Shown: positions 18,518 to 27,430 of the stretch, in pieces
Layout: every line of letters starts with the position of its first letter
Position numbering within the stretch: position 1 is the stretch's first letter
Assembly (NCBI GenBank): GCA_038203955.1
Contig: JBBRDK010000006.1
Span: 946 to 64,945 of the forward strand
DNA: 64,000 nt
Origin: Thermoanaerobaculia bacterium
GTDB lineage: Bacteria > Acidobacteriota > Thermoanaerobaculia > UBA5066 > Gp7-AA6
Reading direction: 5' to 3'
Position numbers and translations under genes: made by a program
Notes under the pieces: generated by a model
Told to the model about the DNA's origin: nothing
The model's input: the letters and a program-made list of their open reading frames with translations, nothing else
Databases searched by the model: none

Positions 18518-21406
18518 TCAGGCGGGCGTCGCCTCGGCGGAAAGGAGTTGGCGCAGGACGTAGGGAAGGATGCCTCCATGGCGGTAGTAGTCGACCTCGA
18601 TGGGGGTGTCGATGCGCACCAGGAGGGAAACGCACCTCTCCGACTTGTCCGCGGATCGGATGGTGAGCTCGACCATCTGCCGCGGGTGGATCTCCCCCTC
18701 GAGGCCGATGATGTCGAACGTCTCACTCCCGGTGATGCCGAGGCTCTCGGCGCTCGCTCCTTCCGGAAACTGGCAGGGGAGAACGCCCATGAAGACGAGG
18801 TTCGAGCGATGGATCCGCTCGAAGCTCTGCGCGATGACGGCCCGCACTCCGAGGAGCCGCGTGCCCTTGGCCGCCCAGTCGCGTGAGCTGCCCGACCCGT
18901 ACTCCTGCCCGGCGAAGACGATGAGCGGGATCTTTCCGGCCTGGTAGCGCACGGAGGCGTCGTAGATCGACATCTGCTCGCCGTGCGGCTGGTAGATCGT
19001 CACCCCTCCTTCGACTCCTGGCACCATGCGGTTCTTGATGCGCACGTTCGCGAAGGTGCCCCGCGTCATCACGCGGTCGTTGCCGCGGCGGGAGCCGTAG
19101 CTGTTGAAGTCCTGCGGCACGACGTGCTTCTCCTGAAGATAGAGGCCGGCGGCCGAAGTCTTCTTGATCGCGCCCGCGGGGCTGATGTGGTCCGTCGTGA
19201 CGGAGTCCCCGAAGATCGCCAGGGCGCGCGCGTTGCGGATGTCGCACACGCCTTCCGTGACCATGCTGAAGCGGTCGAAGAACGGCGGCTCCTGGATGTA
19301 GGTCGAGTTGGGGTCCCACTTGTAGACCTTCCCGGCCGTGGTGGGTATCTCGTTCCAGAGCGGATTGGCGTCGACGAAATCGGAATAGAGCCGCCGGTAG
19401 GTGTCGGGATCGACGGACCGCGAGAGCGCGGACTGGATCTCGGCGAGGGTCGGCCAGATGTCCTTCAGGTACACGTCGGAGCCGTCGCCGCCCCGTCCGA
19501 GCGGCTCCTCGGTAACGTCAATGTCGACCCGGCCCGCCAGGGCGAACGCGACGACCAGGGGAGGACTCATCAGGAAATTGGCCTTGATGTTCTGCTGGAC
19601 CCGCGCCTCGAAGTTTCGGTTCCCCGAGAGCACGCTCGCGGCGATCAGGTCGTGCGACGTGACGACTTCCTCGATCCCGGGGTCGAGGGGCCCCGAGTTT
19701 CCGATGCAGGTGGTGCAGCCGTATCCGACGAGGTTGAATCCGAGCTGATCGAGCGGCTTCTGGAGCCCCGTGCGCGCAAGGTACTCGGTGACGACGCGCG
19801 AGCCGGGCGCCAGCGACGCCTTCACCTTCGGAGAGACCGTCATCCCGCGGGCGACGGCCTTCTCCGCGAGCAGGCCGGCGGCGAGCATCACGCTCGGATT
19901 CGACGTGTTCGTGCAGGACGTGATCGCCGCGATCAGCACGTCGCCGTGGCCGAGCGTCACCACCGCCGGCGCCATGTGATCCTCGGGCACGTCCTCGATG
20001 CGGTCCGGGCTCGGCCGGTTGTTGACCATTTCCGTCTCGGTCCACGGGTTGGTGTCCTTCTGTATCGACTGGACCGCGATCGATCCCGAGTGCTCCTGGT
20101 GGCCGCCCCCCGCCAGCGGGACTTCCGGAGTCGGCCCCTCGAAACCAATCCGCGCGCGGAACCGCTCGGAGAAATCGGCTTCGCGCTTTCCGTAACCGTT
20201 CTCCGTGACGGGCGCGCCCAGAAGCTCCCGGAACCGGCGTTTGAGATCGGGAAGGTCGATGCGGTCCTGCGGACGCTTGGGACCCGATACGCTCGGCCGG
20301 ACCGTCGCGAGGTCGAGCTCGATCACCGAGGTGTAGTCGCACTGCCCGGCCGAAGGCATGCCGAAGAGCTCCTGCGCCTGGAAGTAGGCGCGGAACGCCG
20401 CGACGTGCTCCTCGGAGCGGCCCGTGGCGAGAAGGTAACGGCACGACTCTTCGTCCACGGGGAAGTACCCCATCGTGGCCCCGTACTCGGGGGCCATGTT
20501 CGCGATGGTGGCGCGGTCGGGAAGCGGCAGGGAGGCGGCCCCCTCGCCGTGGAACTCGACGAATTTTCCGACGACCTTCGCCGCCCGCAGCATCTGGGTG
20601 CAGTGCAGCGCGAGGTCCGTCGCCGTGACGCCTTCGGAGAGCCGCCCCTTCATGTGGACGCCGACGACGTCCGGCGCGAGGAAGTAAACCGGCTGGCCGA
20701 GCATTCCGGCTTCCGCCTCGATTCCGCCGACGCCCCATCCGACGATCCCGAGACCGTTGATCATCGTCGTGTGAGAGTCCGTCCCGACCACCGTGTCGGG
20801 AAACCAGACGCCGTCGCGCTCCAGCACGCCGCGGGCGAGGTACTCGAGGTTGACCTGGTGGCAGATGCCGATACCGGGGGGCACGACGTCGAATCCGTGA
20901 AACGCCTGCGTGCCCCACTTGAGAAACTCGTAGCGCGCGCGGTTGCGCCGGAACTCCATCTCGATGTTGCGCTGGAACGCGTCGGGCACCGACCAGACAT
21001 CCACCTGCACGGAATGGTCGACCACGAGAGCGACGGGCACCAGGGGTTCGATGACCGAAGGATCCTTGCCCATGCGCTCGACCGCCGACCGCATCGCGGC
21101 GAGGTCGACCAAGAGGGGCACACCCGTGAAGTCCTGCAGGAGGATCCGGGCGACGATAAAAGGGACTTCGGCGACGCGCTCTCCGCCGGCCCGCCAACCG
21201 GCGAGCGCGCGCACGTCTTCCTCCCGGATGCGCTTGCCGTCCACGCCGCGGAGCACCGATTCGAGGACGATGCGCAGGCTGACGGGAAGACGCGAGAGGG
21301 AGCCGGCCCCGGCCTTCTCGAGCGCGGGGAGCGAATAGAAGTTTCCCGATTTCCCGGGCCCCGGAGAGAACTCCCGTCGCACGCCAAAAGGGTCGGTCAT
21401 CGTCAT
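18518..21406 (-). CDS. acnA: aconitate hydratase A
   Basis: 962 aa. Contains ..[21 protein letters not shown].., ..[13 protein letters not shown].., ..[10 protein letters not shown].. and ..[18 protein letters not shown].., all aconitase A signatures. Confidence 0.95.
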   Translation of the reverse strand: MTMTDPFGVRREFSPGPGKSGNFYSLPALEKAGAGSLSRLPVSLRIVLESVLRGVDGKRIREEDVRALAGWRAGGERVAEVPFIVARILLQDFTGVPLLVDLAAMRSAVERMGKDPSVIEPLVPVALVVDHSVQVDVWSVPDAFQRNIEMEFRRNRARYEFLKWGTQAFHGFDVVPPGIGICHQVNLEYLARGVLERDGVWFPDTVVGTDSHTTMINGLGIVGWGVGGIEAEAGMLGQPVYFLAPDVVGVHMKGRLSEGVTATDLALHCTQMLRAAKVVGKFVEFHGEGAASLPLPDRATIANMAPEYGATMGYFPVDEESCRYLLATGRSEEHVAAFRAYFQAQELFGMPSAGQCDYTSVIELDLATVRPSVSGPKRPQDRIDLPDLKRRFRELLGAPVTENGYGKREADFSERFRARIGFEGPTPEVPLAGGGHQEHSGSIAVQSIQKDTNPWTETEMVNNRPSPDRIEDVPEDHMAPAVVTLGHGDVLIAAITSCTNTSNPSVMLAAGLLAEKAVARGMTVSPKVKASLAPGSRVVTEYLARTGLQKPLDQLGFNLVGYGCTTCIGNSGPLDPGIEEVVTSHDLIAASVLSGNRNFEARVQQNIKANFLMSPPLVVAFALAGRVDIDVTEEPLGRGGDGSDVYLKDIWPTLAEIQSALSRSVDPDTYRRLYSDFVDANPLWNEIPTTAGKVYKWDPNSTYIQEPPFFDRFSMVTEGVCDIRNARALAIFGDSVTTDHISPAGAIKKTSAAGLYLQEKHVVPQDFNSYGSRRGNDRVMTRGTFANVRIKNRMVPGVEGGVTIYQPHGEQMSIYDASVRYQAGKIPLIVFAGQEYGSGSSRDWAAKGTRLLGVRAVIAQSFERIHRSNLVFMGVLPCQFPEGASAESLGITGSETFDIIGLEGEIHPRQMVELTIRSADKSERCVSLLVRIDTPIEVDYYRHGGILPYVLRQLLSAEATPA

Positions 21407-21636
21407 GGAATGGGGAAGAGATCCCTCCTCGAGGCGGTTTCAGCCGGAAGCGCAGTCTATGAAGCCATCCGGGACAGGTCAAGGCCGGCAGATCCTGAAC
21501 GGCCTGTCTCCGCGGCGCGCGAGGACCCCGAATCCTTCCGGGGCGTGATGACATAGTTCTTCCCATATCCGACTCGTCGCAACGACTGAGGGCCCGCGGC
21601 TCCGTGCCGCGCCCTCCGCAGAAAAAGGGAGAGCCC

Positions 21637-22278
21637 ATGAAGAAGAGGGTCGCCATCCTGTGCGCCGCCGCCGCCGTCCTGCTCACCGCTTCTGCCGCCT
21701 TCGCCGCCCCCGAGACGTTCAGTTTCGACAAGAACCACAGCCTCGTCGGGTTCCGGATCCGACATTTCGTCTCGAAGGTCGAGGGGCGCTTCCGGGATTT
21801 CGACGGGACCATCTCGCTCGACCGCCAGAACCCCGCCGCTTCGCGTGTCGACCTGACGATCCAGACCGCGTCGATCGACACGGGCGCGGAGAACCGCGAC
21901 AAGCACCTTAAGTCCCCCGACTTCTTCGACGCGGAGAAGTTCCCGACGATCACCTTCAAGAGCACGAAGGTCACTCCGAAGGGGAAGGACGCGTTCGACG
22001 TGACCGGCGAGTTCTCGATGCACGGCGTGACGAAGACGATCACGATCCCCGTCCGGCACGGCGGATTCATCAAGGTCGGCAAAGCCGAGAAGGCCGGCTT
22101 CGAGACGGTCGCCTTCACCCTCGACCGGAAGGACTACGGCATCACCTGGAACCGGGCCGCCGACGCCGGAGGCGTGATGCTCGGGGACGACATCGAGGTC
22201 AACATCCAGGTCGAGGCGAACAAGCCCCTCGAGGACGCGAAGCCCGCGACGGTGGCGCCCGCAAAATCCGGCCGCTGA
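21637..22278 (+). CDS. YceI-family periplasmic polyisoprenoid-binding-like protein
   Basis: GGGAGAG lies upstream of ATG 21637. Signal peptide MKKRVAILCAAAAVLLTASAAFA. The motifs ..DKNHSLVGFRIRHFVSKVEGRF..ASIDTG..RDKHLKSPDFFD..FPTITFKS are YceI signatures. Confidence 0.9.
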   Translation: MKKRVAILCAAAAVLLTASAAFAAPETFSFDKNHSLVGFRIRHFVSKVEGRFRDFDGTISLDRQNPAASRVDLTIQTASIDTGAENRDKHLKSPDFFDAEKFPTITFKSTKVTPKGKDAFDVTGEFSMHGVTKTITIPVRHGGFIKVGKAEKAGFETVAFTLDRKDYGITWNRAADAGGVMLGDDIEVNIQVEANKPLEDAKPATVAPAKSGR

Positions 22279-22287
22279 CCGCCGCCT

Positions 22288-22313
22288 CTTCCCCCGGTAC
22301 CCGCCGGGGGAAG
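22288..22313 (+). terminator. GC-rich hairpin after the yceI-like gene (candidate terminator, no U-tract)
   Basis: 10-bp perfect stem CTTCCCCCGG / CCGGGGGAAG with a 6-nt loop, starting 10 nt after the stop. Confidence 0.35.
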
Positions 22314-22440
22314 CTCTCCGGACGTCCCGGGCGCCGGCGCCCTCGACGGTGAAGGCACCGGCTTTTCGGGGAAGGCCGCTTCTCCCTCCGTGCCGCGAAA
22401 GGGCTCCGGGGCGCTCCGATCCATTAGACTCGATCGCCCG

Positions 22441-23268
22441 ATGGAATGGCACGCGCTCGGCTGGGTCGCCGTCGCTCTCTACGTGGGAGCCGAGGCGCTC
22501 TCTATCCTCTCGCTGCTGAAGCCCGGCCGCGCGTCGTCGGGAACGATCCTGCGGACCTCCGCCGCCTCCGTGCTTCTGGCGGCCGGGCTCGCACTTCACT
22601 TCGCCGATCTCGAGATCACGGCGCGGATGCTTCACTCCGTCCCCTACAGGACCTTCGGCGGCTCTCTCTCGCTCTTCGGCTGGATGCTCGGCGTCTCGTA
22701 TCTCGCCCTTCTCTTCCGCCATCGGGAGCGGGCGATCGGGCCTTTCCTGATCCCCTTCGTCATCCTGTTTTCCGCGGCCGGCCTTCTCCTCCCCATGCAG
22801 GCGGCCGCTCCCGACAGCGAGATGCGGGGCTCTCTCTTCGCCCTGCACGTCACGTTCGGCATTCTGGGATACGCCGCGTTCACCTTCTCCTTCGTCCTGT
22901 CGGTCCTCTACCTCGTGCAGAACCGCCAGATCCGGCGCGGCAGGACCGGCATCCTCTTCGCCCGCCTCCCGCCCCTCGAGGTGATCGGAAAGATGAACCG
23001 CACGAGCGTCTCGATCGGCATCGCGGTGCTCGCCGCGTCGGTTCTGTTCGGTCTCCTGTGGGCCAACCGCGTGTGGGCGACGATGGCCGATCCCAAGATC
23101 GAGTGGGCGATCGCGACGCTCGCCCTCTACGGGTTCCTGCTGTGGATGGAAAGGCGCGGGTGGAAGGGGCCCCGCGTCGCGGTCCTGTCGATCCTGGGGT
23201 ACGGCCTCGTCCTCTTCTCCTACACGATCGTCAACATGTTCTTTTCCCGCTCTCACGGATTCCGATGA
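22441..23268 (+). CDS. CcsA/HemX-like cytochrome c assembly family membrane protein
   Basis: Polytopic protein with a Trp-rich segment ..LLWANRVWATMADPKIEWAIATLALYGFLLWMERRGW... Its stop overlaps the hemA start (ATGA at 23265-23268). The position upstream of hemA matches the Bacillus hemAXCDBL logic, but with a different gene order. Confidence 0.75.
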   Translation: MEWHALGWVAVALYVGAEALSILSLLKPGRASSGTILRTSAASVLLAAGLALHFADLEITARMLHSVPYRTFGGSLSLFGWMLGVSYLALLFRHRERAIGPFLIPFVILFSAAGLLLPMQAAAPDSEMRGSLFALHVTFGILGYAAFTFSFVLSVLYLVQNRQIRRGRTGILFARLPPLEVIGKMNRTSVSIGIAVLAASVLFGLLWANRVWATMADPKIEWAIATLALYGFLLWMERRGWKGPRVAVLSILGYGLVLFSYTIVNMFFSRSHGFR

Positions 23269-24533
23269 GCCAGGCCGCCGACGCCCGCCTGCTTCTGCTC
23301 GGCTGGGATTTTCGCGTCGCCGAGGGGTCCGTCCGCGACCGGATCGCGCTCTCCGCGGACGAAGTGAGCGAGGCGCTGCGCTCGCTGCTCGGAAAGGGGA
23401 TCGTCTCCGAAGGGGTGATCGTCTCCACGTGTCATCGCAGCGAGATCTACGCCCTCTTCGGCGAAGGGTCGGACGCGGGGGAGCGCGTGACCCGGTACGT
23501 TTCGGAGTGGCGCGGCCTGGAACCCGCGGCGCTCGAGCGGGCGGGGTTCCGCCGCGAAGGCGCGGAGGCCGCCCGTCATCTCTTCCGCGTGGCGTCCGGG
23601 CTCGACTCGATGGCCCTCGGAGAGAGCGAGGTGCTGGGGCAGGTCCGGCAGGCGTTCCGCATCGCGAAAGAGTCGGGGGCCACGCGCGCCGTCCTCCACC
23701 GGCTCTTCGAGTCCGCCGTCGCCGCCGGAAAGCGGGTGCGCGCGGAAACGGAGATCGGGCGCCATCCTCTCTCCGTCGTCTCGATCGGGTTCGAGCTCGC
23801 CACGAAGGTCTTCGGCGATCTCTCCCGCCGGACCGTCCTCGTCCTCGGAGCGGGCGACACGGGAAGCCTGTTCGCGCGCCAGGCGCTCGACGCCGGCGTC
23901 CGGGACCTGCGGATCGCGAACCGGACTCCCGGCCGCGCGGAGGGCCTCGCCGCCCGCGTCTCGGGGCTGGTCGTTCCCTGGGAAGACGTCGCCCGGGAGC
24001 TCGCGGCGGCGGACGTGGTGGTCGGCACGACCGCGAGCCCGCGGCCGGTCGTGCGGCGCGACGACGTCGAGAACGCGATGCGCCAGCGGCGCGGACGCCC
24101 GATGTTCTTCCTCGACCTCGCCGTGCCGCCCGACGTCGAACCCGCGGTGCGCGACGTCTACAACACGTTCGTCTACGGAGTGAACGACCTCGAGTCGGTG
24201 GCCGAGGACAATCGGCGCCGCCGCGCGCGGGAGGTCCCCCGGGCCGAAGAGATCCTCGAGGAAGAGCTCTCGAGGTTCCTCGCCTGGATGGGGAACCTCG
24301 CGGTCGTGCCGACGGTGACGGGGCTGCGGGAGCACATGGACAGGATCCGCGACGAGGAGCTGGCGAGGCTTCCCCCCGCCGACCGCGAGCGGTTCGCGGC
24401 GTATGCGAACTCCTTCGCCGCCCGACTCCTCCACGAGCCCTTGAGGCGCCTGAAGACGGAGGGCGACGCCGGCCGCCGCCTCGATCGGGTCGAGGCAGTG
24501 CGCCACCTCTTTCATCTCGACGAGGACGAGTGA
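23265..24533 (+). CDS. hemA: glutamyl-tRNA reductase
   Basis: ..VIVSTCHRSEIYALF.. (catalytic Cys), ..LDSMALGESEVLGQVR.., and ..VLVLGAGDTGSLFARQ.. (NADPH fold). The track ORF 22446.. is over-extended. Confidence 0.9.
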   Translation: MSQAADARLLLLGWDFRVAEGSVRDRIALSADEVSEALRSLLGKGIVSEGVIVSTCHRSEIYALFGEGSDAGERVTRYVSEWRGLEPAALERAGFRREGAEAARHLFRVASGLDSMALGESEVLGQVRQAFRIAKESGATRAVLHRLFESAVAAGKRVRAETEIGRHPLSVVSIGFELATKVFGDLSRRTVLVLGAGDTGSLFARQALDAGVRDLRIANRTPGRAEGLAARVSGLVVPWEDVARELAAADVVVGTTASPRPVVRRDDVENAMRQRRGRPMFFLDLAVPPDVEPAVRDVYNTFVYGVNDLESVAEDNRRRRAREVPRAEEILEEELSRFLAWMGNLAVVPTVTGLREHMDRIRDEELARLPPADRERFAAYANSFAARLLHEPLRRLKTEGDAGRRLDRVEAVRHLFHLDEDE

Positions 24534-24575
24534 CGAAGTTCGCGGGGCACGGGTCACCGGGCGCCGGGCGCGGGG

Positions 24576-24708
24576 CGATTCCCGATCTAGTTGACCGCGG
24601 AGTACCGCGGCCGTCTCGCTCCCGTTGGTCGCTCGGCTCCCGATCTAGTTGTCCGCGGAGTACCGCGGCCGTCTCGCTCCCGTTGGTCGCTCGGCTCCCG
24701 ATTCCCGG
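24576..24708 (+). repeat. two tandem 58-nt units flanked by CGATTCC heptamers
   Basis: Units 24581-24638 and 24639-24696 differ at one position (ttgaCc vs ttgTcc). Each contains the palindromic hairpin CCGCGG-AGTA-CCGCGG. The flanks are cgattcccgat / cccgattcccgg. It ends 21 nt before the hemC ATG. Confidence 0.9.
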
Positions 24709-24729
24709 CCTCTTCCAGGGGGGATCCCG

Positions 24730-25656
24730 ATGACGGCGGTCGCGATTCCGGGACGGATCCGGCTCGCCGCCCGAGGCTCCGCGCTCTCGCTGGCGCAGGT
24801 CGAGCTCATCGCGAGGGCTCTCGGCCCGCTGGTCGAGACGGAGATCGCGACCTACCGCACGACGGGGGACCGGCTGTCGCACCTGGATGCCGCGATCACG
24901 GGCAAGGGAATCTTCACGAAGGAGATCGACGAGGCGCTCCTGGACGGCCGCGCCGACGTCGGCGTCCACAGCCTGAAGGACCTGCCGTCCGAGCTTGCGG
25001 CCGGTCTCGTCCTCGCCGCCGTCCCGCCTCGCGAGGATGCGAGCGACGTGCTGATCTCGCGGCCGCGCCGGAAATTCGCGGACCTGCCGCCCGGAGCGCG
25101 CGTGGGCACCGGAAGCCCGCGGCGCAGGGCCCAGCTCCTCGCCGCCCGGCCGGACCTCTCCGTTTCGGAAGCCCGCGGCAACGTCGACACGCGGATCCGA
25201 AGGCTCGAGGAAGGGCGGTGGGACGCCATCGTCCTCGCGCAGGCGGGACTCGCGCGCCTGGAGCGCCTGTCGGAGGTCGATGACGTCTTCGGCCCGGAGC
25301 TTCTTCTGCCCGCGATCGGGCAGGGCGCCCTGGCGCTCGTGGCGCGCGCTGGCGACACGGCGGTTCTCGACACCCTCGCCGCCCTCGATCACCGGTCTTC
25401 GCACCGCGAGGTGCTCGCCGAGCGCGGCCTTCTCCGCCTCCTGCACGCGGGCTGCCGGGCGCCGCTCGCCGGCCGCGCCGTGGTTTCGGGAGACCGCATG
25501 GTCCTTTCGGCCGGCGTCTACTCGCTCGACGGCCGCGTCGCGATGCGGGAAGAGGCGGAGGGACCGGCGGACGAGCCCGACGCGCTCGCGGAGCGGGTGG
25601 CGCGCCGGCTTCTCGCCCGGGGAGCGGCGCGTCTTCTGGAGAAGGCGCGGGAGTGA
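24730..25656 (+). CDS. hemC: hydroxymethylbilane synthase (porphobilinogen deaminase)
   Basis: ..IRLAARGSALSLAQV..TTGD..GKGIFTKEIDEALLDGRADVGVHSLKDLP..GTGSPRRRAQL.. are HemC signatures. Start re-set to ATG 24730. Confidence 0.9.
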   Translation: MTAVAIPGRIRLAARGSALSLAQVELIARALGPLVETEIATYRTTGDRLSHLDAAITGKGIFTKEIDEALLDGRADVGVHSLKDLPSELAAGLVLAAVPPREDASDVLISRPRRKFADLPPGARVGTGSPRRRAQLLAARPDLSVSEARGNVDTRIRRLEEGRWDAIVLAQAGLARLERLSEVDDVFGPELLLPAIGQGALALVARAGDTAVLDTLAALDHRSSHREVLAERGLLRLLHAGCRAPLAGRAVVSGDRMVLSAGVYSLDGRVAMREEAEGPADEPDALAERVARRLLARGAARLLEKARE

Positions 25657-26423
25657 TTCCTCTCGCCGCTTCCGGAGGGGCGATACCCCTCGCCCTCGTC
25701 GTCCGCTCCGGAGCCCTCGACTTTCCGCGCCCATCGGACGGCGCGGTCCTCGAGGTCTTCGAGAAGATCACCCATGCGATCGAGCCCCTCGCGGCCGATT
25801 CCGCCGTGCTGACGGAGCCCGCGGCCCTCGCGGTCTTCACGAGCCAGGTCGCCGTCCGTCTGTTCTTCGAAGACGCCGAGCGGAGACGGCTCTTCGCGCA
25901 GAGCCTCTCGGCCGGGCGCGTCGCGGCGGTCGGGCAATCGACGGCCGCCGCCCTGCGCGACGTCGGCGTCGAGCCCGCGATCGTCGCGGCCGGCTCCGGC
26001 GCGAGCGTTCTCGACCGGCTTCCGCGCCGGCTGGAGGGATGGCGCGTCCTCCTCCCGAGGGGAGAGGATGCGACGCTCGAGCTGCCGGGGGGCCTCGCCG
26101 CCCGCGGCGCGCGGCTGCGTCCGATGGTCCTCTACCGGAAGGTGCCGGCCCCTCCCGATCCGGCGCTCGATGCGGAGATCGCGAGCGGCGCCTTCTTCGC
26201 GCTCGCGACCACGTCGCCCGCCGCCGCGAGCTGGCTGTTCACGAACGCGAGCCCCGCCGCCATGGAACGCCTGCGCGAAATCCCTGCCGTCGTGCTCGGC
26301 CGCTACACGGGCCGGTATCTGACTTCGCATGGGATCGAACGGGTCGAGACCGCGGCCCAGCCCACGTTCCACGCGATCCTCGAGCGCCTGGCCGAGCTTG
26401 CCGCCGCCCGGCGCACGGAATAG
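25653..26423 (+). CDS. hemD: uroporphyrinogen-III synthase
   Basis: The GTG start overlaps the hemC stop (GTGA). HEM4-like two-lobe sequence (..[13 protein letters not shown].., ..[14 protein letters not shown]..). Its position between hemC and hemB also supports the call. Confidence 0.75.
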   Translation: MIPLAASGGAIPLALVVRSGALDFPRPSDGAVLEVFEKITHAIEPLAADSAVLTEPAALAVFTSQVAVRLFFEDAERRRLFAQSLSAGRVAAVGQSTAAALRDVGVEPAIVAAGSGASVLDRLPRRLEGWRVLLPRGEDATLELPGGLAARGARLRPMVLYRKVPAPPDPALDAEIASGAFFALATTSPAAASWLFTNASPAAMERLREIPAVVLGRYTGRYLTSHGIERVETAAQPTFHAILERLAELAAARRTE

Positions 26424-26433
26424 ATTCGCCCGC

Positions 26434-27426
26434 GTGAGCCCGTTTCCCACCCACCGCCCGCGGCGGTTGCGCCGCAGCCCCGCCCTGCGCCGGCTGGTGC
26501 GCGAGACGCGCCTGTCGTCCGACCAGCTCGTCGCCCCGCTCTTCGTGCGCCACGGCCGCGGCGTGCGCGAGGAGATCTCCTCCCTCCCCGGCGTCTTCCG
26601 CCTGTCGCCCGACGAGGCGCTCGCGGCCTGCCAGGAGCTCTCCGCCGCCCGCGTCCCCGCGGTGATCCTGTTCGGTATCCCGGAGCGCAAGGATGAGACG
26701 GGCAGCGAGGGCTGGGACGACTCGGCCGCCGTGCAGACGACCGTTCGCCTCCTGAAGAAGGCGCTTCCCGATCTCCTCGTCGTCACCGACGTCTGCCTGG
26801 ACGAGTACACGTCTCACGGGCATTGCGGGGTGATCCGGGACGGAGACGTCGACAACGACGCGACGCTTCCCCTTCTGGCTCGCTGCGCCCTTTCGCACGC
26901 TCGCGCCGGGGCGGACGTCGTCGCGCCGTCCGACATGATGGACGGGCGCGTCGCCGCGATCCGCGAGGGCCTCGACGAGGACGGATTCGCCGACATCGCC
27001 ATCCTGGCGTACGCCGCCAAGTCGGCGTCGGCCTTTTACGGACCGTTCCGTGAGGCGGCGGATTCCGCTCCGAAGTTTGGCGACCGGCGCAGCTACCAGA
27101 TGGATCCCGCCAACCGGCGCGAGGCGATGCGGGAGATCGCGCTCGACCTCGAAGAGGGGGCGGACGCCGTCATGGTGAAACCCGCGCTCGCGTACCTGGA
27201 CGTCATCCGCGAAGCGCGCGAGAGCTTCGACGCGCCGATCGCCGCCTACAACGTGTCCGGCGAGTACGCGATGGTCAAGGCCGCCGCGGCAAACGGCTGG
27301 ATCGACGAGAAGCGCATCGTGCTCGAAATTCTGACCGGGATCGTCCGCGCGGGAGCGGACTTCGTGCTGACGTACCACGCTCTCGACGCCGCGCGGTGGG
27401 TGGCCGAGGGCGGGCTCCCCGCGTGA
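26434..27426 (+). CDS. hemB: porphobilinogen synthase (ALA dehydratase)
   Basis: [21 protein letters not shown].., ..[14 protein letters not shown].., ..[14 protein letters not shown].., ..[13 protein letters not shown].. (Schiff-base Lys). Start re-set to GTG 26434. Confidence 0.9.
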   Translation: MSPFPTHRPRRLRRSPALRRLVRETRLSSDQLVAPLFVRHGRGVREEISSLPGVFRLSPDEALAACQELSAARVPAVILFGIPERKDETGSEGWDDSAAVQTTVRLLKKALPDLLVVTDVCLDEYTSHGHCGVIRDGDVDNDATLPLLARCALSHARAGADVVAPSDMMDGRVAAIREGLDEDGFADIAILAYAAKSASAFYGPFREAADSAPKFGDRRSYQMDPANRREAMREIALDLEEGADAVMVKPALAYLDVIREARESFDAPIAAYNVSGEYAMVKAAAANGWIDEKRIVLEILTGIVRAGADFVLTYHALDAARWVAEGGLPA

Positions 27427-27430
27427 CGCG

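Noticed and set aside
13491-18726. N-terminal extensions of the hemY (to 15125), hemN (to 17851) and hemE (to 18726) track ORFs
   Set aside because: The extensions overlap the preceding genes and are Arg/Pro/Gly-rich. Family homology begins at internal starts (GTG 14861, ATG 17353, ATG 18465) that fit the upstream stop codons.
21457-25734. 1425-aa minus-strand ORF spanning the yceI-hemX-hemA-hemC region
   Set aside because: It is extremely Arg/Pro/Gly-rich and runs antisense to four well-supported + strand genes, so it is a shadow ORF. The same reasoning applies to 18983..21556 (+) and 19518..22118 (-) over acnA, to 4484..6280 (-) and 4930..6126 (+) over chrA, to 8067..10028 (-), 9764..11362 (-) and 9892..11619 (+), to 43196..46558 (-), 46874..49207 (-), 49577..50884 (-) and 56655..59435 (-) over the NRPS/PKS genes, and to 60316..61857 (+) and 61693..62847 (-) around purA/hutH.
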